Source: Candidatus Babeliales bacterium
GTDB taxonomy: Bacteria > Babelota > Babeliae > Babelales > JANWKD01
Length of the DNA stretch: 64,000 bases
Assembly (NCBI GenBank): GCA_963722255.1
Contig: CAVRJO010000001.1
Coordinates: forward strand, 128,001 to 192,000
Direction of reading: 5' to 3'
The notes under the pieces are model-generated. The model was not told where the DNA came from and did no database searches. It saw only the letters and a program-made list of their open reading frames with translations. Positions 53,043 through 63,261 of the stretch are shown piece after piece. Both the position numbers and the translations under genes were made by a program. How positions within the stretch are numbered: position 1 is the first letter of the stretch; the number at the start of each line of letters is the position of its first letter.

Positions 53043-53870
53043 CTATCTACATGCAAGAAGTGGAAAACTCTTCAATGACGTATGCTTGTGGCCCCAAAAC
53101 TGAAATGCTGAGACAATTATTTGTTTAAGATCATTGGGTAATGATAAAGTTGGAAATAGTTCATCGCGAATTCTATTTTTGATTCTTTGACAAAGTTCCG
53201 GATCATTGACCCCTGATTCTTGAGCAAATTTCTCTATAGTTCTGCAAGGAACTCGACTAAATGTAACATGTGGCATAAATGGGTATTTATCCCCGTGAGC
53301 AAGAGGAAATAAATCAGTTTTAGTTGTGGGATTTTTTCGATAATATTGATTGAGTGAAAAGAGATTTTCTTTAATATCCTGCCGTAATTTTTTTAATGAA
53401 TCAGATGGATCACTGATTTTTACCACAATTTCATTATCAGTTCCAAAAAAATCAAAATCATTTGTTATAGTCAGCGGTCCAATAGGCCCTAAGCCCATTC
53501 CTAAACTTTGCATAAGATCAAGAGAATTAACAAATGCTGCTTCATGAACAGGTTCGATTTTACCAATATAGTATACCGATAATACGAGTTTATCCCTGAC
53601 TCCGGATTCGGGATATTTACAAGCAATTTTTTTATGCCCAATTACCTTATCCAACTCTTCAATAATAATTCGATCGATTTCTTTTTTTATTTTTTCTCCC
53701 AAAATTCGCATGCCTTTATGATTTCCAAGCTCAATAAGTACAAATGAAGCAAGATGAGGCTGCGTTTGCTTTTCTTCGCTTTTTTTAATGGGTAGCTCAG
53801 CTGACAAGTTACAATGCGTAAGCAAGAGAACACTCATAAAACTAATAAGAACAGAAAACTTACTTTTCAT
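53043..53870 (-). CDS. Secreted 2H-phosphoesterase-like protein
   Basis: Signal peptide; KLVLSVYYIG (degenerate first motif), FMPHVTFSR. Confidence 0.6.
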   Translation of the reverse strand: MKSKFSVLISFMSVLLLTHCNLSAELPIKKSEEKQTQPHLASFVLIELGNHKGMRILGEKIKKEIDRIIIEELDKVIGHKKIACKYPESGVRDKLVLSVYYIGKIEPVHEAAFVNSLDLMQSLGMGLGPIGPLTITNDFDFFGTDNEIVVKISDPSDSLKKLRQDIKENLFSLNQYYRKNPTTKTDLFPLAHGDKYPFMPHVTFSRVPCRTIEKFAQESGVNDPELCQRIKNRIRDELFPTLSLPNDLKQIIVSAFQFWGHKHTSLKSFPLLACR

Positions 53871-53933
53871 AATTCTCTCCTGTAACGCTAGTGAATCAAA
53901 ATCATTTTAAAAATCTTTTTTCTGGTGCATATC

Positions 53934-54170
53934 TCACCTTATTGATAAAGGTGCAAATGTTGTATTCTCTAATGTATTATGTGCAAAAATTAAACATGCA
54001 AGAATATCTTCTTTCGTTAACTTAGGGTATTCCTGTACTATTTCTTCATTGGTCATTCCTTGAGCCAAAAGACCCAAAATAAATTGAACACTTAAGCGCG
54101 TTCCTTTAATGATCGGCTTACCAACCATAACCTGAGGATCAATCACGATTCGATTTATCAATTTATTCAT
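53934..54170 (-). CDS. DUF433 protein
   Basis: DPQVMVGKPIIKGTRLSV..EYPKLTKEDILACL. Confidence 0.92.
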   Translation of the reverse strand: MNKLINRIVIDPQVMVGKPIIKGTRLSVQFILGLLAQGMTNEEIVQEYPKLTKEDILACLIFAHNTLENTTFAPLSIR

Positions 54171-54532
54171 TTTTCCCTCATATATAATCGAATAGAATTT
54201 TATTCATAATTTTACTATATTCAAAAAATTAACATAGGTATATATTTAATTTTCTGAACTTACACAAGAGGCGTTATTTAACTTTTTTTAGTTACCTGAT
54301 CTTGCAAATCAGTCTTTAAATATCTCAATAGAGTTAAGAAGTTAGGCCAATCCCCCATATCACTCATTTTAAACTCATGTTTGTCCAAATTAGTGGCATC
54401 TAAAGTAATGCCTATCCCTTCAACAACAAACTTCTCTTTATACCCTGGATTCTGAACATTCCAAAGTATTTTAATCATTCCATAAGGTATATATCGTCCT
54501 GAAATTTATCGAAAAAAATAACAATAAAAATT

Positions 54533-55141
54533 TCATTTATGAACAACCAAAAAGTTTTTTGCATTTTCATACCATTGAGGAAAATCTACATATAATTCTG
54601 ATGTTAAACCAAAATTTTCAGCTCCCTTGATATTATAAATATCATCATCCCAAAAAATAATATCTTCTTTCTTTTGCCCTACTATATCCAAAATGCTTTG
54701 AAAAAATGATGGTTCAGGTTTTTTTGACCCTAAATATGCAGAAGAAAAGGATCTATCGAATAATGTCTTTATTCTTTCTTCAAAAAGATTTTTTGTTCTA
54801 TATTTTTCATTATTTGTTGCCAAATAAACGTTAATGCCTTGCTTTCTTAGTTGCTGAATGATAGGCATAAATCTTTGGTCTATTATGTTATATTTCTTAT
54901 CAAACCAAAAAGCCAACAAGTCATCAACATTGCTTTTCCAACCCCATTGTTCAATATATTTGGCAATTTCTTCTTTTAAATCAGCTTTTCCTACAAGACA
55001 TAATTGAAATTCATTTTGAAAAAACGGCCTAGTCATCTCTAATGAAATATTAAACATTCTGGCTAAACGCAAATCAAATCGTTCACCATAAATCAACATT
55101 CCATCCGCATCAAAAATAACTGATTTTATATTCTCTTTCAA
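54533..55141 (-). CDS. HAD-family hydrolase
   Basis: VIFDADG, ATNN, KKPEP, FWDD. Confidence 0.9.
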   Translation of the reverse strand: MKENIKSVIFDADGMLIYGERFDLRLARMFNISLEMTRPFFQNEFQLCLVGKADLKEEIAKYIEQWGWKSNVDDLLAFWFDKKYNIIDQRFMPIIQQLRKQGINVYLATNNEKYRTKNLFEERIKTLFDRSFSSAYLGSKKPEPSFFQSILDIVGQKKEDIIFWDDDIYNIKGAENFGLTSELYVDFPQWYENAKNFLVVHK

Positions 55142-55175
55142 AATATATACCTTATAATTAGGTTGAGTGAATAAC

Positions 55176-55634
55176 TCAACAAATTCTAGACACTTTTTTA
55201 ATCAAAATCCATTCAAACGATTCAAGCGTACGTTCAATTGTTTCAATCCTACCAATTATTGAATCGAGTAAACAATCTGAATGAAAAAAATCTGGGGACA
55301 ACAGCGTATTGGGTATTTCATCGTACCAATTTTTGTCTTGATTTAAAGAATAAACAGTAGCTTCACAAAATTCAATTCGTTGAAAAATATAAAAATAACC
55401 ATCATTTTCTACAATAGCAAATTTAATTTTAGAATCATGCGAAATAAAAATTATTTGGGCTATTGTACTTGTTGTTAAACCCTTTTGCACTAAATCATTT
55501 TTCATTAAGGATGAACAACCAAAAAGCTCTTCAAGTACCTCAATAAGTTCATCTTTAATCTCTAATGCGTAAATTTGATTTATAGACCCTAGCCCGAACA
55601 TGAAGAAAAAAAATAGGAACAATTTTTTTAACAT
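55176..55634 (-). CDS. Secreted hypothetical protein
   Basis: Signal peptide, 152 aa. Confidence 0.6.
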   Translation of the reverse strand: MLKKLFLFFFFMFGLGSINQIYALEIKDELIEVLEELFGCSSLMKNDLVQKGLTTSTIAQIIFISHDSKIKFAIVENDGYFYIFQRIEFCEATVYSLNQDKNWYDEIPNTLLSPDFFHSDCLLDSIIGRIETIERTLESFEWILIKKVSRIC

Positions 55635-55724
55635 AGCAACCCCAAATAAACAGAAATCATTATTTTTCTAATATTTTTTAATTCATTTAAAGAACTGGCC
55701 CGCCAGGCATTTCAAATATATTAC

Positions 55725-57167
55725 TGTTAGCGCAAAGTGATAAGTTCCTATTATAGCGCAAAGTAAAAAGTTCCGGTTTTTAGGGTAAACTTAATCTTGT
55801 AAACAAAAAGAAAAACTCTAAAAATGCAACGGAACTTATATGGAATATATTACCATGAATCGCAAAGAACGAGAACAGGCAAAAGTGTTTGTTCAGGTTA
55901 AAGAAGGAAAAATGACACAGGCAGAGGCTGCAGCCCGTCTGAGATTTACAGAGCGGTGGGTCAGAGAAAAATATGGAAGATATTGTGAATCTGACGACTT
56001 TGGCCTTGTACATGGCAATAGGGGAAAAGAAAGCCCAAATAGATGGGATCAAGGAGAAGAACGATTGTTAATCTCATTGTTAGAAAGCGATTGGCAAGGC
56101 TTTGGGCCAACCTTTGCGGCTGAAAAACTTAAAGAGTTGCATGGAATAAAGATAAGTCGAGAAGCTGTTAGAAAGGTCATGATTAAGGCAGGAATATGGC
56201 AACCTAAAAAACAGCGCAGCAAGCATCGCAAGCGACGAGAAAGAAGGCGTATGTTTGGCATAATGATTCAGCTTGATGGCTCTCCACATGACTGGTTTGA
56301 AGGGCGTGCTGGGGTATGTACCTTACTTGTTTTTATTGACGATGCTACTGGCCAAATCCTTTGGCTTGAGTTTGCCCCTTCTGAATCGATGCATGCTTTA
56401 ATGACCGCAACTAAAAATTACGTTGAAAAATATGGGATTCCTCAAACTTTTTATACTGACCACGGTTCTGTTTTCCATGTTAATTTGAATAATCAAGAAA
56501 ATATTAAAAAGACCCAATGGGAGCGCGCTTGTAAAGATTTGGGAATTGATGTTATACATGCCAATAGTCCTCAGGCAAAGGGCCGCGTTGAACGTTGCAA
56601 TCAAACCCTTCAAGATCGCCTTATTAAGGAAATGAGACTTGCTGGGATATCATCAATAGATCAAGCAAATAATTATCTGCGAACAAGCAATTATATTGCA
56701 AAGCATAATGCTGCATTTCAAGTTCCTGCTGCCCAAGAAGGCGATGCCCATGCTAGCGCTCAATCATTTGATTTAAACGATATATTTAGCACTCAAGAGA
56801 CTCGTATTCTTACGAATGATTTTACTATTACCTACCAAAAACAGATTTTTCAATTAAGCGATCAGCAAAAAACAATCATTTTTCCAAAAAATACCATTGT
56901 TGTTAAAGTACATTTAAATGGAACCATAAAACTGTGGATTCGAAAAACAGAACTTTCTTTTAGCGAAATCTACCAACCCCCCAAATTCAGGAGAAAAAAA
57001 TATCTGACTGTATACCAAGAAAGCCTTCAAAAAATAGCCAACGTTTGGCAGGCTGGTTGCCCCCTAGTGAGAGTAGGTTGAAGCCGGTCGCGCCGGCCGT
57101 GGAGGCGCTTTAATGTTAGGAACTTTTTACTTTGCTAAATACCGGAACTTTTCACGTTGCGTTGACA
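55725..57167 (+). mobile_element. IS1202-like (ISNCY/IS481-related) element, transposase 55840..57081
   Basis: TGT..ACA ends with repeated sub-terminal boxes; 17-bp direct repeat catttcaaatatattac at 55708-55724 and 57168-57184; QLDGSPHDW, IDDAT, YTDHG, PQAKGRVER. Confidence 0.92.
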
Positions 57168-57180
57168 CATTTCAAATATA

Positions 57181-57423
57181 TTACCATAATCTTCTTTTTG
57201 CAAATGCATACCCAGACCCAGATTTAATATATTTTTCAAACTCTAATGCCTTAGCTTCCTCATCAAATCCAATAGATGATATCAATTTCCATGGCTTATA
57301 ATCGGAAGTATAAACAGAACCACCTTCATTATGCTTTTGTAACCGCTCTCTTACATTGGTAGTAAAACCAACATAGGTTTTATTGGGATCTTTTAACGAT
57401 TTTAATAAATAGACATAGAACAT
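57181..57423 (-). CDS. Small GIY-YIG nuclease (UPF0213/YhbQ-like)
   Basis: YVYLL..TYVGFT..RLQKHN..YT..KPW..FEKYIKSGSG. Confidence 0.92.
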   Translation of the reverse strand: MFYVYLLKSLKDPNKTYVGFTTNVRERLQKHNEGGSVYTSDYKPWKLISSIGFDEEAKALEFEKYIKSGSGYAFAKRRLW

Positions 57424-57454
57424 AAGAAAACAGATTTAAAGTTATAATAAGACT

Positions 57455-57578
57455 GCCCTACTACGCTAAAGCTACGAAGGACATACTTCGCTTTTTAGTC
57501 ACAATAACCATCTTTTTAATAAAATTTTACTTCCTTTAAAAGGATGGCCTGCCATACGAAGCTTTACGCGAAGTATGG
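57455..57578. repeat. Inverted pair of structured repeats between GIY-YIG and tRNA-Asp
   Basis: ctactacgctaaagctacgaagg .. tggcctgccatac-gaagctttacgcgaa-gtatggc. Confidence 0.75.
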
Positions 57579-57653
57579 CGGAGGCTGATGGGACTCGAAC
57601 CCACGACCTTCCGCGTGACAGGCGGACGCTCTAACCAACTGAGCTACAGCTCC
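57576..57653 (-). tRNA. tRNA-Asp (GTC)
   Basis: GGAGCTGTAGCTCAGTTGG..CTGTCAC..GTTCGAGTCCC..CCA; one extra base in the acceptor 3' strand. Confidence 0.93.
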
Positions 57654-57680
57654 AACTAAGATTATTCCACTATGGCGTCA

Positions 57681-57776
57681 GTTCTACTACGCTCTATGAG
57701 CTACGAAGAACAAGCAGAAAACTGGCCTGCCATTCGAAGTTTGCCAAGCCGGAAGGCCTGGATAAACGTAGAATGG
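57681..57776. repeat. Inverted pair of structured repeats behind tRNA-Asn
   Basis: gttctactacgctctatgagctacgaagaac .. actggcctgccattc..gaatgg. Confidence 0.75.
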
Positions 57777-57849
57777 CTCCTCGGGCTGGACTCGAACCAG
57801 CGACCTAACGATTAACAGTCGTTTGCTCTACCAACTGAGCTACCGAGGA
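57774..57849 (-). tRNA. tRNA-Asn (GTT)
   Basis: TCCTCGGTAGCTCAG..CTGTTAA..GGTTCGAGTCC..GAGGAGCCA, 76 nt. Confidence 0.97.
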
Positions 57850-57934
57850 ACAAATTTCAACTATTTCAAAAACTGGCCTACTTTATTATTGATATCGAAG
57901 AATGGCCTGCCAGTCATTTCTGAGGGAAATGTAC

Positions 57935-58010
57935 TGGTGGGCGGTACTGGACTCGAACCAGTGACCCCCAGTTTGTAAGACTGATGCTCTACCAACTGAG
58001 CTAACCGCCC
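57935..58010 (-). tRNA. tRNA-Val (TAC)
   Basis: GGGCGGTTAGCTCAG..CTTACAA..GGTTCGAGTCC..CCGCCCACCA, 76 nt. Confidence 0.97.
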
Positions 58011-58128
58011 ACTATCAAAGTGGACAGAACAAATTCTAAAGAAAAAGATTAAAAAAGTCAAAAAAGAATTCATAAATATTTATAAATCATCACATTTTAT
58101 TATAGACTACTATAAAACCTAACCACGT

Positions 58129-59073
58129 ATGAGACAATCACTAAAGGATTCTATGGCAAAAACCGCTGATTTTTTCAAAAACATCTTCATTCTACTGCTT
58201 GTACTTCAATTTGCTCCAATGCTCTTTGAAAGCATCAAAAAACAGTACAGCCGTTATTTTGAACCACATACTAAAGTCGGGTATCTAGCAATTAAAGGGA
58301 TTCTCCTTAATTCATCATATTATGTTCATCATCTTAAGAAGCTTTTTGAAGACAAAGAAGTTAAAGCTATTCTTGTATATATTGAATCACCCGGTGGCGC
58401 AGCAGGTACAGCGGAAGCAATTGCGCATGAAATCGAACAACTCAAAAAGGAACATCCTAAACCAATTATAACGATAGCGGAAAATATTGTTGCTTCAGGT
58501 GGTTACTATATTGCAGCTGCAACAGATTATATTATTGCATCTCCTTCAACGCTTGTTGGTAGCATTGGCGTCAGCATTCCGGGCCAATTTAAGTTGCATG
58601 ATTTTATTGAGCAGTACAAAATACATTATAACGTCATAAAAGCCGGAGAATATAAAGCAGTTACTGATCCTTTTGCTGAAGTAACACCAGGGCAAAATGC
58701 TCTTTTAACCAATGTTGCTGAAAGCAGTTATGAAAACTTTCTTGAACATGTTTCTTCACATCGTCCTAAATTGGAACTAGAACATGCTGCATCGTGGGCT
58801 GATGGTAAAATTTTCACAGGAAAACAGGCTCTTTCATTAGGCCTCATCGATCTCATTGGATCACAATCAAATGCTCTTCAAAAAATTAAAGAGATGACCA
58901 TTATTGAAGGCACCATTGAATGGATAAAACCTGAAAAGGTTTCCAACTTTTGGACACTGTTATTTGGTTCGCCTGATTACACTGATGGCAGTGATTCATT
59001 CATGACAAGAATGGTTAATTCACTATGCCTCACCCTTGAAGAACGATATGGATCGGTAAAAGGAATTATGTAG
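58129..59073 (+). CDS. sppA: Signal peptide peptidase SppA (S49)
   Basis: IESPGG, ASGGYYIA, GSIGV, GEYK, GKIFTGKQA. Confidence 0.93.
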   Translation: MRQSLKDSMAKTADFFKNIFILLLVLQFAPMLFESIKKQYSRYFEPHTKVGYLAIKGILLNSSYYVHHLKKLFEDKEVKAILVYIESPGGAAGTAEAIAHEIEQLKKEHPKPIITIAENIVASGGYYIAAATDYIIASPSTLVGSIGVSIPGQFKLHDFIEQYKIHYNVIKAGEYKAVTDPFAEVTPGQNALLTNVAESSYENFLEHVSSHRPKLELEHAASWADGKIFTGKQALSLGLIDLIGSQSNALQKIKEMTIIEGTIEWIKPEKVSNFWTLLFGSPDYTDGSDSFMTRMVNSLCLTLEERYGSVKGIM

Positions 59074-59896
59074 TTTCTTGCCCCTTTTTAATAAGGTAAC
59101 AATATTCGAGTTCTTCAAGTTTAAGCAATGGCTTTACAATAATTTTATAATAGAGACCATCATGCTCAAAAGAAGCTATACGGCCAATACCAAAACCTTG
59201 CGGAAATATAAGTCCTTCACCGCTTGATATGAGAATTTCATTTACGCTTAGCTGAGATAAATGGCTCACAAATTGTAAATTAGAATAGTGTTGATTAGAC
59301 CCTTCATGAATGCCTCGTGCTTTTGAAGAACGACAATATGCAGCAACCTTGCAGCAGCTATCGGTTATTAAACGTACTTTACTATAATAGGGATAAACAA
59401 ATTCAACACGACCAATTAAACAACTTTTATAGACAGCAACCATATCAACTTCAGCACCGTGCAAAGATCCACAATCAACAAGAAGCGAATGCTCATGAGG
59501 AGAAAATTCTTTTAAAATCACTTGTGCTAAAAGAGATTTTTGAACTTCATAACGCTTCTTAAAAGAAATAAGTTCTTGTATATTTTCTAAAAAATGGCCC
59601 GATGCATGCAATGAAACGTTTTCTGCCAAAAGAGAACTGTTCTCTTCTCGCAGACTAGCAATTTTTTCTTGCAAGCTGTGGTTTTTTTGCCACGATTTTT
59701 TATATCGAGAAACTTTTTTAACTATGCTCTGTTGCATTTGAAGAAACGGATATACCAAAGTCGAAGCTACTGATTCAGCAACGCCTGTTGTTTTATAAAC
59801 CATTTGATAACCAACAAAATAGAAAACAACGCTGATCAAAAGTAATAATGATACTGTTTTTGCTCTAAGAGCAATCATACTCAATCCCTCACACAT
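59066..59896 (-). CDS. mreC: Rod shape-determining protein MreC
   Basis: TM plus coiled coil (LREENSSL), AQVI, LIGRV..SKVRLITD, SSGEGLIFPQGFGIG. Confidence 0.88.
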   Translation of the reverse strand: MCEGLSMIALRAKTVSLLLLISVVFYFVGYQMVYKTTGVAESVASTLVYPFLQMQQSIVKKVSRYKKSWQKNHSLQEKIASLREENSSLLAENVSLHASGHFLENIQELISFKKRYEVQKSLLAQVILKEFSPHEHSLLVDCGSLHGAEVDMVAVYKSCLIGRVEFVYPYYSKVRLITDSCCKVAAYCRSSKARGIHEGSNQHYSNLQFVSHLSQLSVNEILISSGEGLIFPQGFGIGRIASFEHDGLYYKIIVKPLLKLEELEYCYLIKKGQETT

Positions 59897-60050
59897 TTTT
59901 TATATATATTTTCATGAGCCTCTTAAGCTTTTTATACATTTTATAGCTCAGTTGAATAAAGTATAATAATTCTTTTTATTGAATGCTAATCAGTGCCTAT
60001 GATAGGCTTACAAAAAAAATATTGGATCATTATAGTAGCAAGGAGAAATA

Positions 60051-60458
60051 ATGGAAGGTCACTACAACCAAGAACACAAAAAAAGCTTTACAAATTGTAT
60101 AGAGATTTGTCAAAGAACAATTGATACGTGTCAAAAAGTGATAGATATGTGCAGTGCTAATGATAATATCGATTGTGCTGAGCATGTTGGTCTTTCTGTA
60201 AAAGAGTGTGCCGAATGCATCGAAGCATGTAAAATCTGTATAAAATCTTGTCGTAAACATGTAGAAGAATGTCATGATGAGGCATGTATTAAAAAAGCAG
60301 AATGGTGCATTAAAAAATGCCAAGATGCGATCGACGCCTGTGAGCTTTGCATGCAAGAATGCAAAGGTGGCAATAAAGCATGCATTGACAAATGCTTAAT
60401 CTGTATCGAAACTTGCGGTAAATGTTCAGAAGCATGCCAAAAATTTATGCAACCTTAA
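60051..60458 (+). CDS. Cys-rich four-helix-bundle copper storage protein (Csp/DUF326-like)
   Basis: 23 Cys in CxxC/CxxxC helical spacing; strong RBS aaggag. Confidence 0.75.
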   Translation: MEGHYNQEHKKSFTNCIEICQRTIDTCQKVIDMCSANDNIDCAEHVGLSVKECAECIEACKICIKSCRKHVEECHDEACIKKAEWCIKKCQDAIDACELCMQECKGGNKACIDKCLICIETCGKCSEACQKFMQP

Positions 60459-61297
60459 AAACGATATGCAATTTTAAAGGCTGTACTATTATTAAACGAG
60501 GGCACACATTCAACAGACCACTGTGCTTCCAGTTTTTGATTAATTACTGCATTTGCTGCATAGGCAAATAGGAGTCCCAATCCGGCTCCTGCAATAAGCT
60601 GAGAGAGATAATGGCGGTTGCAATTGAGAAAATCCGCAAAAACAAATGATGCAAAAAGCCCTAAGGGAACTCCCCATGCAAAACCATGCCGCATACCAAA
60701 TAATGACGTCATATATACGACATTAGCCATATGCCCTGATGGAAACCCCCCCGATGAACGATGTTTTTTATCAAACTGTTCATGCCATGGGCGCAGACAC
60801 GATTTAAATCGTAATTTTTTAATAATATCTTTTCCTGAATGCACAAAGGGTAACCCAATGGCAAAAATCCGTGCAGTCGTGCGAAGATCTTCGTTCCATC
60901 CCCATACTGCCAAACTTGAAAGAAAAACCATTGGAATTCCAATGCCATAATGAGCAATATCATGACACTTTTGAGGTAACTGATAAATATTTTTATGAGA
61001 TTTTGAATCATAAAAATTATTTTGAATTCGTTCATCAGCCATACGCGAGGCAAGATAAAAGGGAGTAACCCCTGTAACAATATGAACCGATTGCATAGAA
61101 AGAAGTTTGACATGGAGCATCACCGCATCAACAATAATTTCACCAAAAAAACGTGCTGCCTTATGCATGCATCTTTGTTTTTTTATTTTTTTTGTACAAT
61201 AAATATTTCTTGGATAGATGTCAGAAGAAGATACAAGAATATGCGTAACCAGGAAATAACAGATAATGATCAAAAAAGAATTTTTACTACTGCACAT
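60455..61297 (-). CDS. PAP2-family phosphatase
   Basis: K..RP, FPSGH, RHYLSQLIAG. Confidence 0.85.
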   Translation of the reverse strand: MCSSKNSFLIIICYFLVTHILVSSSDIYPRNIYCTKKIKKQRCMHKAARFFGEIIVDAVMLHVKLLSMQSVHIVTGVTPFYLASRMADERIQNNFYDSKSHKNIYQLPQKCHDIAHYGIGIPMVFLSSLAVWGWNEDLRTTARIFAIGLPFVHSGKDIIKKLRFKSCLRPWHEQFDKKHRSSGGFPSGHMANVVYMTSLFGMRHGFAWGVPLGLFASFVFADFLNCNRHYLSQLIAGAGLGLLFAYAANAVINQKLEAQWSVECVPSFNNSTAFKIAYRF

Positions 61298-61372
61298 ACT
61301 ACTTAAACACTTTTTTTATTGCAAAACTAGTTCCTATTCTTTCAACGTAAACAATTGTTTAAAAAAAAACCA

Positions 61373-63260
61373 ATCGGGTAGGAGCGAGTGATTAACTCGC
61401 GTCCTCCCACACCACCGTACGTACCGTTCGGTATACGGCGGTTCATGTCGATACTTTCGCGAGCATCTCATAATATCTTTCAACAAGACTTACAAGCCCT
61501 TGCTCTCGCCAATAAGCGAGGCCGAGGGCTTTGTTTATTTGTGGAGTATTTGCCAGCCGCCAGTATTTCTTGTCTGAGAATGCTATGCGTCCTGCCCATT
61601 TTCCTTCGATTCCTAGGTCTTTTAACTTTGCAAGCTTGGTTTTCCCTAACTTCCATTGTTTCAATAAACACATTCTCAATCTTCTGCGTATCCATTCGTC
61701 AAGTTCCTGGAGCACACTCTTTGTTTCGATAATACCGAAATATCCAATCCATCCAATGAGATACTCATTGAGCTTCTTCAGTCGTTCTTTCATAGATATA
61801 CCCCAATTGCGCTTCGTTAACTCGCGAATCTTCTCCTTAAACTTTATTCTGGTTTTGGGAGCGATTCGCAGCTTTACTTGCCAGCCAAAGGTGAATGAGA
61901 ATCCTAGGAACTTTCTTCTCGATGGATAGTCTATTGCACTCTTTTGTACATTTATATTGAGCTTCAATCGTTCTTGTAGAAACTTCATTATACTTGCATA
62001 CACTCTTTGTCCCGCTCGCTTGCTTGCTACGTAGATGTTGCAGTCATCGGCGTATCGAACAAAAGAGTGTCCTCTTTGTGTAAGTTCTTTATCAAGATCA
62101 TTCAGTATGATATTTGATAGCAGGGGACTTATTGGGCCACCTTGCGGTGTCCCGTCCTCTGATCTCACATGACATCCATTGAGCATTACTCCCGATTGCA
62201 AGTATTTGCGGATAATTGCGTGTATGCGTTTATCTTCGACATGTTGTGCTATTTTCGACATCAGTATGTCGTGATTTACACGGTCAAAGAATTTCTCGAG
62301 ATCGATATCCACCACAATTTTCTTTCCGTGTTGGATATAGGTTTGGGCTTTATGCACAGCTTGCCGTGCACTTTTGCCTGGTCTAAATCCATAACTGAAT
62401 TCTGAAAATGTAGCTTCAAATATTGGTGTCAAGACTTGTTGGATTGCCTGTTGGATAAAGCGATCAAGTACCGTTGGAATTCCTAATTCACGCACTCCAC
62501 CGTCTTGTTTCGGAATTTCGACTCGACGTACGGGAGCTGGTTTATAGGTTCCGTCAAGAAGCTCTTGTTTGATGCGATTCCAATGCTCATTCAGATATGG
62601 AAGCAGTTCATTGACCTGCATATTATCCACACCCGCCGAGCCTTTGTTTCTTTCCACTCGTTTGAGTGCCTTCTTGAGATTATCGTACTCTACCACTTTC
62701 TCCATCAGTTGATTATTATGATTTGCCAAGATATGTTTGTTGATTTGTGTCATAAGTTTGCTCAGTACCTCATCAGGACCTGGTAGAATTCACTACCGCC
62801 TCTCAGTGATGGTTCGATTTTTTTTTTCGATTTTCTACTTTCATTGCATTCTCGATGTACGTATCAATCATATCTTTATCGCTCATGTTCAGGCCTTCCC
62901 GATTTTTTTTTCGGTACTATGCCATCTGCTGACTTCTGTCCCTCAACCTCTATTTTCACAGAGGGTTGCCAACTTAGTCGGCGTGGAAACAGATCTCCCC
63001 GGGTAATTGCGCGCCCTTTCACCTCATCTACCTGCTCTATTTACTCTCGATAGTTTTGGCAACCATGGCTTTTGTCTTACTTGGCAGACTCATCCGCTAT
63101 CGCTAGCCTCGCATAGAGTTCGTATACCTCAGGCCAAGGTTTTGCTGCCGGCTTCCTTCAGATTTCACCTCGCGATGAACACCCTTGCCTTAGGCTAATG
63201 ACTTCGTTGCCTTCGTCATTCCGGACTTTCACCGGTAGGTCGCGCCCATGCCGGGCGCAC
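61373..63260 (-). mobile_element. Group IIC intron
   Basis: 5' GTGCGCCCGGCATGGGCG; domain V GAACCGCCGTATACCGAACGGTACGTACGGTGGTGTG; 3' CCTACCCGAT; inserted right after a terminator hairpin. Confidence 0.95.
61443..62753 (-). CDS. ltrA: Group II intron reverse transcriptase/maturase (no endonuclease domain)
   Basis: RELGIPTVLDR, GTPQGGPISP, RYADD, GWIGYF, WIRRRLR. Confidence 0.96.
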   Translation of the reverse strand: MTQINKHILANHNNQLMEKVVEYDNLKKALKRVERNKGSAGVDNMQVNELLPYLNEHWNRIKQELLDGTYKPAPVRRVEIPKQDGGVRELGIPTVLDRFIQQAIQQVLTPIFEATFSEFSYGFRPGKSARQAVHKAQTYIQHGKKIVVDIDLEKFFDRVNHDILMSKIAQHVEDKRIHAIIRKYLQSGVMLNGCHVRSEDGTPQGGPISPLLSNIILNDLDKELTQRGHSFVRYADDCNIYVASKRAGQRVYASIMKFLQERLKLNINVQKSAIDYPSRRKFLGFSFTFGWQVKLRIAPKTRIKFKEKIRELTKRNWGISMKERLKKLNEYLIGWIGYFGIIETKSVLQELDEWIRRRLRMCLLKQWKLGKTKLAKLKDLGIEGKWAGRIAFSDKKYWRLANTPQINKALGLAYWREQGLVSLVERYYEMLAKVST

Positions 63261-63261
63261 C

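Noticed and set aside
57576..57590. Bulged acceptor stem in tRNA-Asp
   Set aside because: One extra G in a short run, consistent with the indel noise elsewhere.
57455..57940. CRISPR array
   Set aside because: Repeats are imperfect hairpins separated by tRNA genes; no constant repeat/spacer period and no cas genes.
57861..58073. 70-aa ORF over tRNA-Val, and the many short shadow ORFs inside longer genes
   Set aside because: They overlap better-supported features and lack independent evidence.
61443..62753. Retron, DGR or defence-associated reverse transcriptase
   Set aside because: It sits inside a canonical group II intron RNA and has a maturase domain; no template/variable repeat pair seen.
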